A DNA stretch of 63,786 nucleotides, the filler included, from Gemmatimonadota bacterium (GTDB lineage: Bacteria > 4572-55 > J002), in the NCBI GenBank assembly GCA_003697105.1. It is 8 parts of 8 records of this genome, joined end to end, with 100 filler letters (N's around TTAATTAATTAA, not from the genome) between each part and the next. Parts side by side here need not be neighbours in the genome. Positions count along the whole stretch, not along the records: positions 8,501 to 14,586 come from RFFQ01000127.1; positions 14,687 to 40,450 come from RFFQ01000128.1; 6 more parts are not named here. One strand, written 5' to 3'. Below, one piece after another: positions 9,496 through 21,312 of the stretch. Under the pieces are notes generated by a model. The model searched no databases. It saw only the letters and a program-made list of their open reading frames with translations, and was not told the origin of the DNA. Position 1 is the first letter of the stretch, and each line of letters starts with the position of its first letter. The position numbers and the translations under genes are program-made.

Positions 9496-12400
9496 ATGCC
9501 TGAGGAAAAACGCAAAAAAAGTTCCCTCAAAGACCGGCTTAAAACGTCTAAACGTGTTCCGGTAAGGGATAAGGACACCCCGGCATCCGCGGATTCCTCG
9601 CCGGGGAGTTTCATTAATCCGGATGATATTGAAAAAATAGACCCTACCGCGTCGGGTACATTGTTTGAATCCGTTCTGCAAGAATACGATACCTTATCCA
9701 TCGATGATGGCAGTTCTAAACCCGCCTCCCCGCCTCCCTCCCCTGCCCAGCGTGCATCAAAGGATATTACCACGGACCCGGACGCCATCGATGTTGATTT
9801 AGACCCGCAAGTATTTGACTCTGTACTAAAAGAGTACGATGAAAAATCCATCGACCCTGAAAAAAAACCACCCGCGCCCAATCCCGCCGGTGAAATCGAT
9901 CTAGGTATTCAGAAATTAGACGACATCTCACCGGAATCGGAAGAACACCACACGGATTTTGAACATTTTACCCCAACCGAACATCCGAAAACCCCAGCCG
10001 TAGCACCTGCCGATTTGGGAATCGAACAATATACCCGCCATTCTGTGACCCCAGAACCGTCTTCGCTCTCGGATTTAGAGCATTTCCAGCCCCCCCCGCC
10101 CGCCGCCGAAAACACGGATAAGACACCCACCCGCCGCTTACCGGATTTAGAAGTGTTTCATGCCCCAGAAACCCCCCCTACATCGGAAAAAGAGAGCACC
10201 GAAGCGATCGATGACATTGATGCCGTTTTCGGGAAATTGACCCAACCGGAGTCCGAATCACCGCTACCCTCCGCCAGCCTTGAGGAAGGAACAGAAACCA
10301 CCTCTACGCCACCATCCGAATCCGCGCCCCCAGACGCGCTCGACCTACGGCAACAGGATACCAGCCACTCCCCGGATGAAATGACGATTGATAATATGTT
10401 TATTGGCAGTGGTAATCCCAATATCATTTTAGAATCCGAGATCGGTACACGGGCAGACATCATTGATCGGGAGTCGCTTCTGGCGGATCAACTACGGGCA
10501 TTCTTCACTGCCGAACGCGAGGCGATTGAACTTCAATTAACGGAGCATACCCCGCAAATAGAAACCCGCCGACGAGATTCACTGACCGAAGAATATTATC
10601 TCAAAATTCTGCTGGATGCGGAGGATGAAGATTGCCCCTCCCGTGTGAGCCTGTTTGTCAATCTACAAATGTTCCACATTATGGCAATCCGAAATGAGGT
10701 GGAACAAGCTATCGCCCATCATAGCGAAAACCTTGAAAAAACGCTCAAAATCACGGATAAGATCACTAAAATCTGGAACGCACTGCCCCGCCAAAAACGT
10801 GATCTATTTATCAACAAAATGCTGGCAACCCTCTCTACCAAAGCCATTGAACGTGGTATAGGTTATCTAAACCTGATCTTGGCAGAGATCAACCTGCTGG
10901 ATAAACACCACATATACGACTATCTGCGCTTAGCAATCGTCTCACAGCTATTACGTGAGCGCAATTCCGGCTTAACCCTCAGCAAGGAATTTGAGTTGGT
11001 GCGGCAATTTAGCAATCTACTAAAAACCTTTTATGAAGGTAACGATCCTCCCGCCAAAGTGGAAGAAGCGATTGAAACCCTGTTTACGGGGCGTAGCGGG
11101 GTCAATATTGACGTGATTACCCAGATCGACGGGAGTCCGATGCACCGGATGCTCTCCGCGCTAGGCGATCTGGATGCGAATATGGCAAAACATCATATTG
11201 ATTGGATTATTCTTCAGTTACAGCCCTTGAGTCTTCAGGAAAAAACAGAATACGTACGGGATATTGCAAACGGCTTGGTCTCTTTGCGTAATGCGGTCTG
11301 GAACGGGTTGAGCCGGGTGGAGATTGTCCCCGTCGAACGGATGCGCTGGTTTTTGAATGAACTGATTTTGCATTTTCAGAAGGTACCCGCTCCCGTGTGG
11401 CAGGTGTTTGCCAGCAAAAAGATGGAACCCGCCGTGACCAATATTCTGGGGATTGCCAACCATCGCTCCCCGTGGTATTTCCGGCAACTCCTGCCGCACC
11501 TGACCACCATCAAAACAGTCTCGGGTACTATCATTTGGCACATTTTTAGTACGGTCTTCGATCTGCTCACCGATCCCGATTTTTTCCAAAATTTATTTGT
11601 GGAGCATTTCAACGAGTGGCTCGCCAAACAGGAGGTACCACCGGTCACGGAAGATGAGTTGATCGATGGAACATTTGCCGTCTGTTTGAAAAAGACAAAA
11701 CCGGAAGATTACATCGATATTCGCCGTGCCATTTTGGAGCGGCAAGAAATCGCATTTTTTGAACAACTTATACGGTTATTAAATGTCGATAAACTCCGCC
11801 CAACGGAATTTGCCCAGAACTTTTTATCCCCAGTGATAGCGTATCTCAATCTGCTGACATTCCCGCTCACCGAATTTTCCGCGATTGTTCAAGATCTGAC
11901 CGGAAAGAAGAAAGTCGCCCCCCAACGCCTGCGCATTGCTTTGGAGGTCGGAACTTATTTAGAAAAACATTACGATTATTTCCGAAACCTTTCGGAAGCA
12001 CAAGATAAATTGGCGTTCAAAGTGTCGATCATTCGCCATTTTACCGAGATTGGCGAACTGCTCGGTATCACGGAATGCGAACGCTTCCTACATGCAGAGG
12101 CAGATAAACCGAGTATTATGATCCGCTATTTGGGTCAGATGAGCTACAATCGCGCTCCAATAGCGAACATCGGGATGCTGGTTTCCCAGTTACAGCCCCG
12201 TAATGTTCCCCAACGGGTACTCATTGTGCACTTGGGTGCCCTCATTGAAGAACGTCTTGGCGCAAAACTGCGGGAAGTGGATAGTGGCGACCTATACGAT
12301 CTGCGCGAAAAAACAATGATTCTGTGTGAGCGGATCGACCGCAAATCCCAGTTCAAATTTATCGAAGAGGGGTTAGGTTCTCTGCTGGATCGTATCTTTT

Positions 12401-14586
12401 CGCAGGATCAGATGATCACCTTGCTAACCCGCTTGATAAATGCCCTTGATACAATGCAACGCCCCGAATTGATCCCACGCTTTCTGAACCGGGTAGCACC
12501 ATCTATTGTGGAAAATTTTGGCTCAGACCCCGACTTGATGTACGATAACCTGTGCTGGGCCATCAACATCTATGATAAAAATGCCAGTGAATCTTTGATA
12601 TTCAGCGGGCTGGAAGACAAAATGAAGTCGCAGATGCGCCACGTCGGCGAAAAACTGCTTGCCCTGCCGGGCATTATCCGGCGTACTGCCAAAGAAATGG
12701 GCGCTAGTGAAGACGATGTCCGGCAGTTGATGAGCAGTCTGCGCCAAATATCAATCCAGTTTGCCGAACTGGAAATGATGACCCCAGAACAGCAAATCGG
12801 TACCTCGCATGTGATCAACATCCAAAAAAAGAGCAAAACCACCGTCAAAGAAGTCACCAACCGTTTTCTGGATACCGGTGTCGGTACTATTGTGGCGGTG
12901 CTGCTACGCTACCCCAAAGCCATCCAACTCTTCCAAAATCGCAAAGAAAACATCCCTGAGATGCTGAACATCGTTATGCCGGTCGATACAATTAGTTCCG
13001 AAGATGTGAGCATTGCCCTCGGCAGTGCCAGTAAGCCGGTACTATACGAGGAACGCGGGTTGATTTTCATCCAAGCGGTGGTTCCGGCGGCAATTGAAGC
13101 GGCAAATGGGTTACCCGAAATCGCTCAAGACCTCCTCTGGCAGATCGTCCGTAGCCTCCAACGGGAGATTCGGAATATCGATTTAGGCGTCTCTTTTTTG
13201 CAGAACTGCGCCGAAACGTTGCAAAACTATGCTATCCAGCGAATTCTCTTCCAAACCGTCTTACAGGTGGAATCCTTACGGGGGCGGATCCAACACTTTG
13301 ATACTCTCCAACGTCTGGCGAAAAAGGCAATGCCTTACCATGAAAAAGAGGATGCCCACCCCGATCCGGAAACCTTGCGGGCATTAGTTCAAGCCGCGGT
13401 GAAATCGGATCAGGCAAAAACAGACCTGCATAAACAAATCATCAAAGAGATTGACCAACTGCTAAACGGAATTAGTTTTGAGCCACAAATACTAGATCGA
13501 TTGCGCTATCATGCCAGTCAAGTCCTGCTAACAATGGGAGATGCCGGTCAGGTAAAATCGCTTGTGGAAGAAAGCCAGGTCAATGACCCCGATCTCGCCG
13601 GTTGGCGTGGGCAAATTGCAGACCAAAAAGCATTTGTCTTCTGGCTAAAACGGATGGAAGAGGGTCTCATCTCCAAAGAAATTGAGTGGATGCGCGACAG
13701 CGAGTGGTATGCCTTAATGGCACGGCAATATCTGGAACAGATGGGTAGCCGCTTGCCGGCAATAATCCGGTCAGCAAAGGATTTTGAAAAGATTGCCAAC
13801 AAGCAGGAGATCATTCGCTACTATTTTGAGGAGTGGGAGCACGAAAAATTGGGTCTGCTGGGTTTGCTTGTCTTCCGGGCGTTGGCTTTCCATGACGGCC
13901 CAATTGAACCGCTTCGTGTCCTGCAAACGGAAATGGAGCAAGTGCATCTAGAGCAGGTCCATCAAAAAGGGACGCGTCATCTCTTTTTGGAGCAAGCCCT
14001 CAAACAGATGCGGGAGATGCGCAATGGGCAAGAAATTTCCTACCCGCGAGGGGCGGTAGTTTCCAATTCCCTTCAAGTGAAACTCCATGGACAGTTGACC
14101 GAACCCCTCAATCAAGAGGTGATCCAGCACCGGATGGAGCAGTGTCTGCAACCCATCCCGGATGATATTCAGACCATTGTGAGCGATATGGTCAAGTGGC
14201 GTATAGGGCGAGTGGAACAATATTTACCCGAAGGGGAATCGCTCACATCACACCGCTTACGCTTTGCGGTGGATTATGCTCTGCCGTTCGTTTTTGCCGA
14301 GGTCGCCCTCGTCTCCGTGGGTAATGCCCAAGTAGAGACCGCGTTGCGCGAGCAATTGAAGCAAGTCAGTTGGACCTACGGCGGTAGTGCCAAACGCCGC
14401 TCGCGTGTCCATGAGTATCAGATTATTTTTGAACAATTCATCAACAACATCAAAGAACTCTTCTCCAAAGAAGGTGTACTGGATATCCGCGAGGTAAACC
14501 GCATTGAGCGGGAAATGCCGCAACAATATAATCAGAGCCTTGATGCCTTGACCGTATTGATGAATTGGACGATGGACTCCGAAAAA
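9496..14586 (+). CDS. Very large hypothetical protein (>1690 aa, 3' truncated) with an acidic/Pro-rich disordered N-terminus and a helical body
   Basis: Uninterrupted 5-kb ORF; no catalytic motif, signal peptide or TM segment recognised. Confidence 0.85.
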
Positions 14587-14686
14587 NNNNNNNNNNNNNN
14601 NNNNNNNNNNNNNNNNNNNNNNNNNNNNNNTTAATTAATTAANNNNNNNNNNNNNNNNNNNNNNNNNNNNNNNNNNNNNNNNNNNN
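14587..14686. other. Artificial contig linker
   Basis: N44-TTAATTAATTAA-N44. Confidence 0.99.
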
Positions 14687-14811
14687 CGGGTACAGGGCTT
14701 GGGTTAGCCGTTGTAAAAGAGTGTGTGGAGTTACATCATGGCACCATTTCCGTTACCAGCACTCCCGGTAAAGGAAGTACCTTCATATTATGGTTGCCAA
14801 ATAACCAATAG
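14687..14811 (+). CDS. Histidine kinase HATPase_c C-terminal fragment
   Basis: [37 protein letters not shown] (G2 box). Confidence 0.9.
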
Positions 14812-14866
14812 GCAAAGCACGTTTAAATAGCCTTAGAGCTGTTATCACGGAAAACAGGGTACCATC

Positions 14867-16387
14867 ATGCTTAACCGGATAGGGATTATCACCATCCTGC
14901 TGGGGCTAAGTTCCGTTGAGGTCTTTCCAGCAGAACCCTTTGATTCAGACTCACTAGCATTACACGGGGTTCATCTGATCTATAACCTGCAAATTGAAGC
15001 GGGAATGGCATGTTTCGATCAATTAATGGAATCGGAACCGGATAACCCGCGGGGGGAATTCCTCAAAGCCGCAAGTTACTACTGGTTAGTCCTCACCGCG
15101 ATGTCCGATCCGGTAACAGGAAAACAATTTCAATCCGCCTGTGAAAGTGCGATTGACCGCCTCAATCAGTACGTCAAGCACGAGCCGGAGAACCTTGATT
15201 ATCAGTTTTATCAAGGGTCGTTATACATGGCGTTAGGTGGGTATTACGGGCTCCAAAAAAGTTGGTGGAACGCCTACTGGAAAGGTAAAAAAGGGAAGAA
15301 TATCCTCCAACGGGTCGTAGCGCAAGATTCCACCTATTATGATGCCTACGTAAGTTTGGGCATGTACTACTATTATAGTGAAATGATGCCAAAATTACTG
15401 AAATTTTTCGCACCGCTGTTGGGTATTGACGGGGATCGTCAAAAAGGGTTGTCTTACCTGAAACAAGCCGCAGAACATGGCACATACGCAGTGGCACAAG
15501 CCAAATTTTGTTTAGCGGATATTTATCTCCGGTGGGAAAAACACGTTTACACCGCTCGTCACCTGTTCCGCGAATTACATGAGGCATACCCACATAATTG
15601 GGTTTTTCAGTTGGGGTTAGCAGATTGTTACCGGCGGGTGGGCCAACCCCGGCGAGCCATTGCCGCGTTACAACCTCTCATCGTACCGGAGCATTCTACC
15701 ACACATCCGGAATTGGTGCGTGTTGCCTATTATCTGTTAGGGCGTGCCTATTATGCCCTCAATGAGTTTGAGGTGGCAAAAACCTATTTCAGCCGTTCCG
15801 TAGCGGACTCCGCCCTAAACGGACGGCACCATTATGCCTATTTTTCGGCATGTTATCATCTGGGCGTAACGCAGGAACTCCTCGGAGATCGGCACGCGGC
15901 ACTGGAAGCCTACCAACGGGTCACAGGTGAGGATGACGTCTCTGAGCAGTTACAAACTCACGTCCAAAACCGAATCGCTCAGCCGCTTTTGCCAATTGAT
16001 CAAGAGCTCATCCAAGGTGAAAATTGGTATTATTCGCGCCATTATGCCAAAGCAATGGACATCTACCACCGTCTGTTGGCACAAATCGCCCGGCAAGAGG
16101 AAGGCTACCCATCTTCTAAACGCAGCGAAGTCCACTACCAGATGGGACGGGTGCATTACAGTACCGGTCACTATCATGATGCGATCCACCAATTTGATTT
16201 GGCACTGCACCATTTGCCAGCGGCAGAACGGGGTCTCAAATCCCAAATTCATTTTCGCTTAGGAACCTGCTATCGTCTGTTGGGCGAGGCAGAAAAAGCA
16301 TTGTCAGAATACGATCGTGCCTATAAATTAGGAGATTCATATCTACGAACAGAGGTGGATCGTGTCCGGCACGGGATCCAACACTAA
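14867..16387 (+). CDS. Secreted tetratricopeptide-repeat protein
   Basis: N-terminal signal peptide; repeated TPR patterns (AYYLLGRAY, VHYQMGRVHY, IHFRLGTCY). Confidence 0.85.
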   Translation: MLNRIGIITILLGLSSVEVFPAEPFDSDSLALHGVHLIYNLQIEAGMACFDQLMESEPDNPRGEFLKAASYYWLVLTAMSDPVTGKQFQSACESAIDRLNQYVKHEPENLDYQFYQGSLYMALGGYYGLQKSWWNAYWKGKKGKNILQRVVAQDSTYYDAYVSLGMYYYYSEMMPKLLKFFAPLLGIDGDRQKGLSYLKQAAEHGTYAVAQAKFCLADIYLRWEKHVYTARHLFRELHEAYPHNWVFQLGLADCYRRVGQPRRAIAALQPLIVPEHSTTHPELVRVAYYLLGRAYYALNEFEVAKTYFSRSVADSALNGRHHYAYFSACYHLGVTQELLGDRHAALEAYQRVTGEDDVSEQLQTHVQNRIAQPLLPIDQELIQGENWYYSRHYAKAMDIYHRLLAQIARQEEGYPSSKRSEVHYQMGRVHYSTGHYHDAIHQFDLALHHLPAAERGLKSQIHFRLGTCYRLLGEAEKALSEYDRAYKLGDSYLRTEVDRVRHGIQH

Positions 16388-16399
16388 AGGGAAAATCAG

Positions 16400-16828
16400 A
16401 TGAGTCTCACACCATTGGATAATTTACCGCTATCACAGGTGCGTTTTGCCCGCCCCACAAACCAGCTAGAGCGAGTGGTCGAATTCTACTCGCACGGAAT
16501 TGGGTTACCCGAGATCGGTCGTTTCGAGGGTCACGATGGGTATGATGGAGTCATGCTGGGGTTACCGGGTCATTCGTACCATCTGGAATTTACCCAACAT
16601 CGGGATGGCTGCCCCGCCCCCGCCCCCAACCCCGATCATCTGCTTGTCCTCTATATTCCCGATGAGAAAGCGATTGATCAGATTGTCCAGCGGTTGGGAG
16701 CCATGGGTTACCCACCGGTACCGCCGGAAAACCCCTATTGGAAAGCGTTGGGAGTCACGATTGAAGACCCCGACGGGTGGCGGGTCGTGCTGATGAATTC
16801 ACCGGGATTTTCGACAACCCGCACCTAA
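16400..16828 (+). CDS. VOC/glyoxalase family protein (YycE-like)
   Basis: VRFARPT, FEGHDGYDGVMLG, HLEFT, NPYW and EDPDGWRVVL motifs. Confidence 0.85.
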   Translation: MSLTPLDNLPLSQVRFARPTNQLERVVEFYSHGIGLPEIGRFEGHDGYDGVMLGLPGHSYHLEFTQHRDGCPAPAPNPDHLLVLYIPDEKAIDQIVQRLGAMGYPPVPPENPYWKALGVTIEDPDGWRVVLMNSPGFSTTRT

Positions 16829-16924
16829 ATCTGCGGAAGCCATAAAGAAACTGCTTGAACTCCATCACGTAATGCACTATTTTACGTTTTTAGAATAAAT
16901 TACCTTTTTTGATAGAAAGTAACA

Positions 16925-17380
16925 ATGTCCACCTTAGACCGAGCCATTCTCATTGCCGCTCAGGCACATTTGGGGCAGAAAGACCGTGCCGGCAAACCCT
17001 ACATTTTGCATCCCCTGCGTCAAATGATGCGCTTTTCAACCGAGCCGGAACAGATTGTCGCCGTGTTACACGATGTGGTGGAAGATAGCGATCTCACACT
17101 CGCTGACCTGCGCGACGCCGGTTTTTCAGAAGAGATTATCACCGCCGTCGATCATCTGACACGTCGCGAACAGGAAAGCTACGAGGCGTTTGTGGAACGA
17201 ACCCTGCAGCATCCCCTCGCCCGCCGCATCAAATTGACCGATTTGGAAGATAATATGAACCTCACTCGCTTACCGTCATTCACCCACGCCGATGCGGAAC
17301 GAATGGCACGCTATCACACCGCCTGGCTGAAACTCAACCATCACATCACCCTCGAAAACCAAGAGAAAGGGAAACCATGA
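16925..17380 (+). CDS. Stand-alone RelA/SpoT-type HD domain protein (small alarmone hydrolase-like)
   Basis: AHLGQKDRAGKPYILHP, AVLHDVVED and KLTDLEDN motifs. Confidence 0.8.
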   Translation: MSTLDRAILIAAQAHLGQKDRAGKPYILHPLRQMMRFSTEPEQIVAVLHDVVEDSDLTLADLRDAGFSEEIITAVDHLTRREQESYEAFVERTLQHPLARRIKLTDLEDNMNLTRLPSFTHADAERMARYHTAWLKLNHHITLENQEKGKP

Positions 17381-19164
17381 CTGCATCCGACCATATGAAA
17401 GAATTACCCGACCGCTCTGAAGTCAACATCAATGATACTTGGGACTTAACCGCGATTTACCCCACCAAAGCCGATTGGGAAGCCGCCTGTAAAACCGTAG
17501 AAGCCCGGCTCCCGAAAATTGAAACCTATAAAGGGCAGCTCAACACCGTAGAAACCATCAAAGCCTGCAATGATTTGCTGACAGAGCTGTACCGGGAACT
17601 GGCAAAAATCCAGATTTACGCCCACCTGACATTGACACAGGACATCAGCAACTCCGAAGCACAACAAATGATCACCCAAGCAATGAACCTGATTACAGCA
17701 TACAACCAAAAAGGCTCGTTTGTCTCCTCAGAACTGGTCGAACAGGATGAGGCATTTTTACGAGAATGTGCGGAACACCCCTCGATGACGGAACACCGGT
17801 TGGATTTACTGCACCTGATCCGCCGCAAACCGCACATCCTCAGTGACAAAGAGGAAAAACTGCTCGCACGTGCCATTACCCTCTGGCAGGATATGGGGGA
17901 TGCCTATTCCAAACTGGAAAATGTGGATATGAAGTTTGAACATGCAGAAGACTCAAACGGAAATCCGCACCGGGTAACGCATGGCACGTATGGCAAACTG
18001 ATGGAAGCCAAAGACCGTAAATTACGGCAATCAGCCTATACCTCCATGCTCTCGGAGTTCAAGGATCATGTGCATACTTGTGCCGCAACACTGAACGGTA
18101 AAGTCAAGCAAAATCTGTTTTTAGCAGATGTGCGCCACTATAAAAATACGCTCCACGCGGCACTTCACCCCAATGCCATTGATGAAAGCGTCTATCACAG
18201 TTTGATCGAGAATACTTCGGATCATCTGGATGTCCTCCATGAATACGTGGATGTCCGCCGGCGCAAACTTGGCTATACCGATATCCACATGTGGGATTTA
18301 CACGTCCCGTTGGTCCCCAATTGCGAAATTCATTTTACGTATGATGAAGCGGTGGAGGTCATCATTGAAGCCTTAAAACCCCTCGGTGACGAATATGTGG
18401 ATATTCTGCACAAAGGGCTAACGGAGCAACGATGGGTCGATAAATACGAAAATAAAGGCAAACGAAGTGGGGCGTTTAGCTCCGGGTGCCACGACACCTA
18501 TCCCTACATCATGATGAATTTTAACGGCACGTTGGATAATGTCTATACCCTGGCGCATGAGAGCGGACACTCCATGCATAGCTATCTTTCCCGTAAGCAC
18601 CAACCCGCTACCATGAGTTCATATCCCATTTTCACGGCAGAAATTGCCAGTACACTCAATGAATGCCTCCTCAATGAGTATTTTCTACACCACTATAGCG
18701 GGGATAACCGCAAGTGTATTCTTTCACAGGAAATTAACACCATCCGCGGTACCTTTTTCCGCCAAACCAAATTTGCGGAGTTTGAGTTATTGACTCACCA
18801 GCATGTGGAAAACGGCAATGCGCTCACCGCCGATTGGCTCTGTGAAAAATACGGGGGCTTGAATCAAAAATATTACGGCAACGCTATGACTTATGATGAG
18901 TTGATCCAATATGAATGGGCTCGGATTCCCCATTTTTACAGCAATTATTACGTGTACCAATATGCCACCGGTATTGCGTGTGCCTACCAATTTGGCTCAC
19001 GTATTTTGAGTGGCGAAGTTGAACCCTTCTTGAATTTATTGCGCTCTGGAGGAAATGATTTTCCACTGAACCAGCTCAAACGTGCCGGAGTGGATATGAC
19101 TCACGAAAAGACCTACGAACCCATTATGAACCGGTTTGCCGAACTCGTTCGTGAATTTGAATAG
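17377..19164 (+). CDS. pepF: Oligoendopeptidase F (M3B)
   Basis: TWDLTAIY, KGKRSGAFS, TLAHESGHSMHS (HExxH) and EWARIPHFY motifs. Confidence 0.93.
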   Translation: MTASDHMKELPDRSEVNINDTWDLTAIYPTKADWEAACKTVEARLPKIETYKGQLNTVETIKACNDLLTELYRELAKIQIYAHLTLTQDISNSEAQQMITQAMNLITAYNQKGSFVSSELVEQDEAFLRECAEHPSMTEHRLDLLHLIRRKPHILSDKEEKLLARAITLWQDMGDAYSKLENVDMKFEHAEDSNGNPHRVTHGTYGKLMEAKDRKLRQSAYTSMLSEFKDHVHTCAATLNGKVKQNLFLADVRHYKNTLHAALHPNAIDESVYHSLIENTSDHLDVLHEYVDVRRRKLGYTDIHMWDLHVPLVPNCEIHFTYDEAVEVIIEALKPLGDEYVDILHKGLTEQRWVDKYENKGKRSGAFSSGCHDTYPYIMMNFNGTLDNVYTLAHESGHSMHSYLSRKHQPATMSSYPIFTAEIASTLNECLLNEYFLHHYSGDNRKCILSQEINTIRGTFFRQTKFAEFELLTHQHVENGNALTADWLCEKYGGLNQKYYGNAMTYDELIQYEWARIPHFYSNYYVYQYATGIACAYQFGSRILSGEVEPFLNLLRSGGNDFPLNQLKRAGVDMTHEKTYEPIMNRFAELVREFE

Positions 19165-19195
19165 ACCATCGATAAAAAGAATTAGGAGGTTTTCC

Positions 19196-20095
19196 ATGTA
19201 CGAAAAAGGTGTCTCCAAAGAAAAAGCGTTTAATCCCGATGAGTCACCCATGTTTGTGGGAGGTGATAACCGCGCCACCGTCGAACTCGACCCCGATCAC
19301 CCCGGTTTTCGGGATAAAGCGTATCGGGAACGACGAAATGCCATCGCTCAAATTGCCGTCGATTATAAACCGGGGCAACCGATCCCCAATGTGGACTATT
19401 TGCCGGAAGAACACGACGTCTGGCGAATTGTGCGCGAAAAACTTCGCCCCGAACACGAAAAACACGCCTGTACAGAATACCTGAAATACGCTGATAAATT
19501 AGAATTACCTGAGGACCGCATCCCCCAGTTAAACGAGGTTTCCGAAAAAATCTATCCCCTCACCGGCTTCCGGCTCGAACCGGTTGCCGGGTTGGTCTCA
19601 CCCCGCGGATTTTTGGAAGTGCTCAAAGACCGCGTCTTTCTGGCAACGCAATATATCCGGCATTATTCCGTGCCCCTCTATACCCCCGAACCGGATATCG
19701 TACATGAAGTTATCGGTCATTCGTGCCAACTTGCCAGCCCCATCTTTGCCGACATCAACCGTGTGATCGGCAAAGCGGTCGCCCGCACTAAAACCCAACA
19801 AGGCATGGATGCCCTCAGCCGTATCTTCTGGTTTACCATTGAATTCGGTGTGGTGATGGAAGATGGCGAACCCAAAGCCTATGGTGCCGGATTGCTCTCC
19901 TCTGCCGGTGAGCTGGATTATTTTGCCACACAAGCGGAACTGGTGCCAATCGATTTTCATCGGATGGCAACTCAAGAATACGATGTCACCCAATACCAAC
20001 CGATCTTGTTCTATGCCGACTCCTTCGATCATCTGCAACGAACCATGTACGACTTTTTCAATAATTGGCATGATGATTATTGGGCGCAAAATTAA
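19196..20095 (+). CDS. phhA: Phenylalanine 4-monooxygenase
   Basis: DHPGF, TQYIRH, YTPEPDIVHEVIGH, WFTIEFG and AYGAGLLSS motifs; RBS AGGAGG. Confidence 0.92.
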   Translation: MYEKGVSKEKAFNPDESPMFVGGDNRATVELDPDHPGFRDKAYRERRNAIAQIAVDYKPGQPIPNVDYLPEEHDVWRIVREKLRPEHEKHACTEYLKYADKLELPEDRIPQLNEVSEKIYPLTGFRLEPVAGLVSPRGFLEVLKDRVFLATQYIRHYSVPLYTPEPDIVHEVIGHSCQLASPIFADINRVIGKAVARTKTQQGMDALSRIFWFTIEFGVVMEDGEPKAYGAGLLSSAGELDYFATQAELVPIDFHRMATQEYDVTQYQPILFYADSFDHLQRTMYDFFNNWHDDYWAQN

Positions 20096-20171
20096 GCGGG
20101 AAGCACATACCAGCCTCCCCTAACCCCTACAGACCGTCTCCATTACGTGTTGAGGAGACCGTCCGATCCCT

Positions 20172-20207
20172 AAAAAACCCGCAAATATAGAGGATTTGCG
20201 GGTTTTT
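20172..20207. terminator. Bidirectional intrinsic terminator
   Basis: AAAAAACCCGCAAAT...ATTTGCGGGTTTTT between convergent genes. Confidence 0.75.
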
Positions 20208-20237
20208 GAATACTACGGACATCTGCTATGGAATCGC

Positions 20238-21260
20238 TTACGAACTTCCCCCAATTATCAGCACTATAAACAACATCAACAGCCCAATCACCCCTAAAAT
20301 CGGGGCATAGGTGATGTAAAAGGGCAGTTGGGGGAGTAATGTCGCTAGCAACACCACCCACGCCACCCCAGAAGCCGCCATGACACTCCCGAAAACCAAC
20401 CACTTGCGCTGGGCATAACGCTCCGTATCTAGGGCGGCGGTTGTCATCACTTGAGGGAGTTCATTCTGTTGTAATCGATGCAAATCGCGCTTGAGGTCTG
20501 TAGCAGACGCATACCGGCTGCGCCAATCGGGCTTGATCAGGTGAAGGAGCACCTGTTCCAATGCGGGAGAAACCCGCACATGCGGCTGAAAATAAAGCTG
20601 TAACCGTCGTTTTTCCATTTTAGATGGTTCTTTATGAGAGAGGAGATAAATCAAGAGGGTTCCTAATGCATATAAATCGGAAGCCGGTACGGCAAGCCCG
20701 TCCAGTTGTTCCGGCGGCATATAACCAAAGGTGCCCACCATTGTGGAGCCGCCGGCAATCGTCAATGTATCGCGCACCGCACCAAAATCAATCAAAAAAA
20801 CTTCGCCCGCCGCATTGAGAATGATGTTGGTTGGTTTTAAATCCCGGTGGATAATCGGGGGCGAAAAACCGTGTAAATATTCCAGCGTCTCTGTGATACG
20901 CCAGGCGATCTCGATTACCTCTGCCTCCGTAAAATGGCGCCCCGATTCCACCCACTCTGCCAGGGTCTTCCCTTCGACATACGCCTCTACCAGATAAAAA
21001 TTGTAATCGCGCTCGGTTTCAATCGTAAAATGATCAAAATAAGCGGGAATGCGAGAGTGATTCAGATTTTTCAGAATTTTCGCCTCCCGCTCAAACAGCT
21101 CAACGGATTTCCAATCCCGTACTTTACGGATCGATAACTCCTTGACAACACAGGTCTGTTGTGTGTCCAAATCCGTTGCCAGATACGTGGTAGCAAAGCC
21201 ACCCCATCCCAGTTCCCGCTCAATCCGGTAACGATTATGAAGGAGGTCAGTCGTCATCAA
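20238..21260 (-). CDS. Ser/Thr protein kinase with two C-terminal TM helices
   Basis: LGWGGFATTY, HRDLKPTN, LIDFG and GTFGYMPPEQ motifs. Confidence 0.92.
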   Translation of the reverse strand: MMTTDLLHNRYRIERELGWGGFATTYLATDLDTQQTCVVKELSIRKVRDWKSVELFEREAKILKNLNHSRIPAYFDHFTIETERDYNFYLVEAYVEGKTLAEWVESGRHFTEAEVIEIAWRITETLEYLHGFSPPIIHRDLKPTNIILNAAGEVFLIDFGAVRDTLTIAGGSTMVGTFGYMPPEQLDGLAVPASDLYALGTLLIYLLSHKEPSKMEKRRLQLYFQPHVRVSPALEQVLLHLIKPDWRSRYASATDLKRDLHRLQQNELPQVMTTAALDTERYAQRKWLVFGSVMAASGVAWVVLLATLLPQLPFYITYAPILGVIGLLMLFIVLIIGGSS

Positions 21261-21312
21261 TTGGGTCTCTCCCGAGCCAAAGGTATCTGTAAGCAGGTCG
21301 AATCAACCACTT

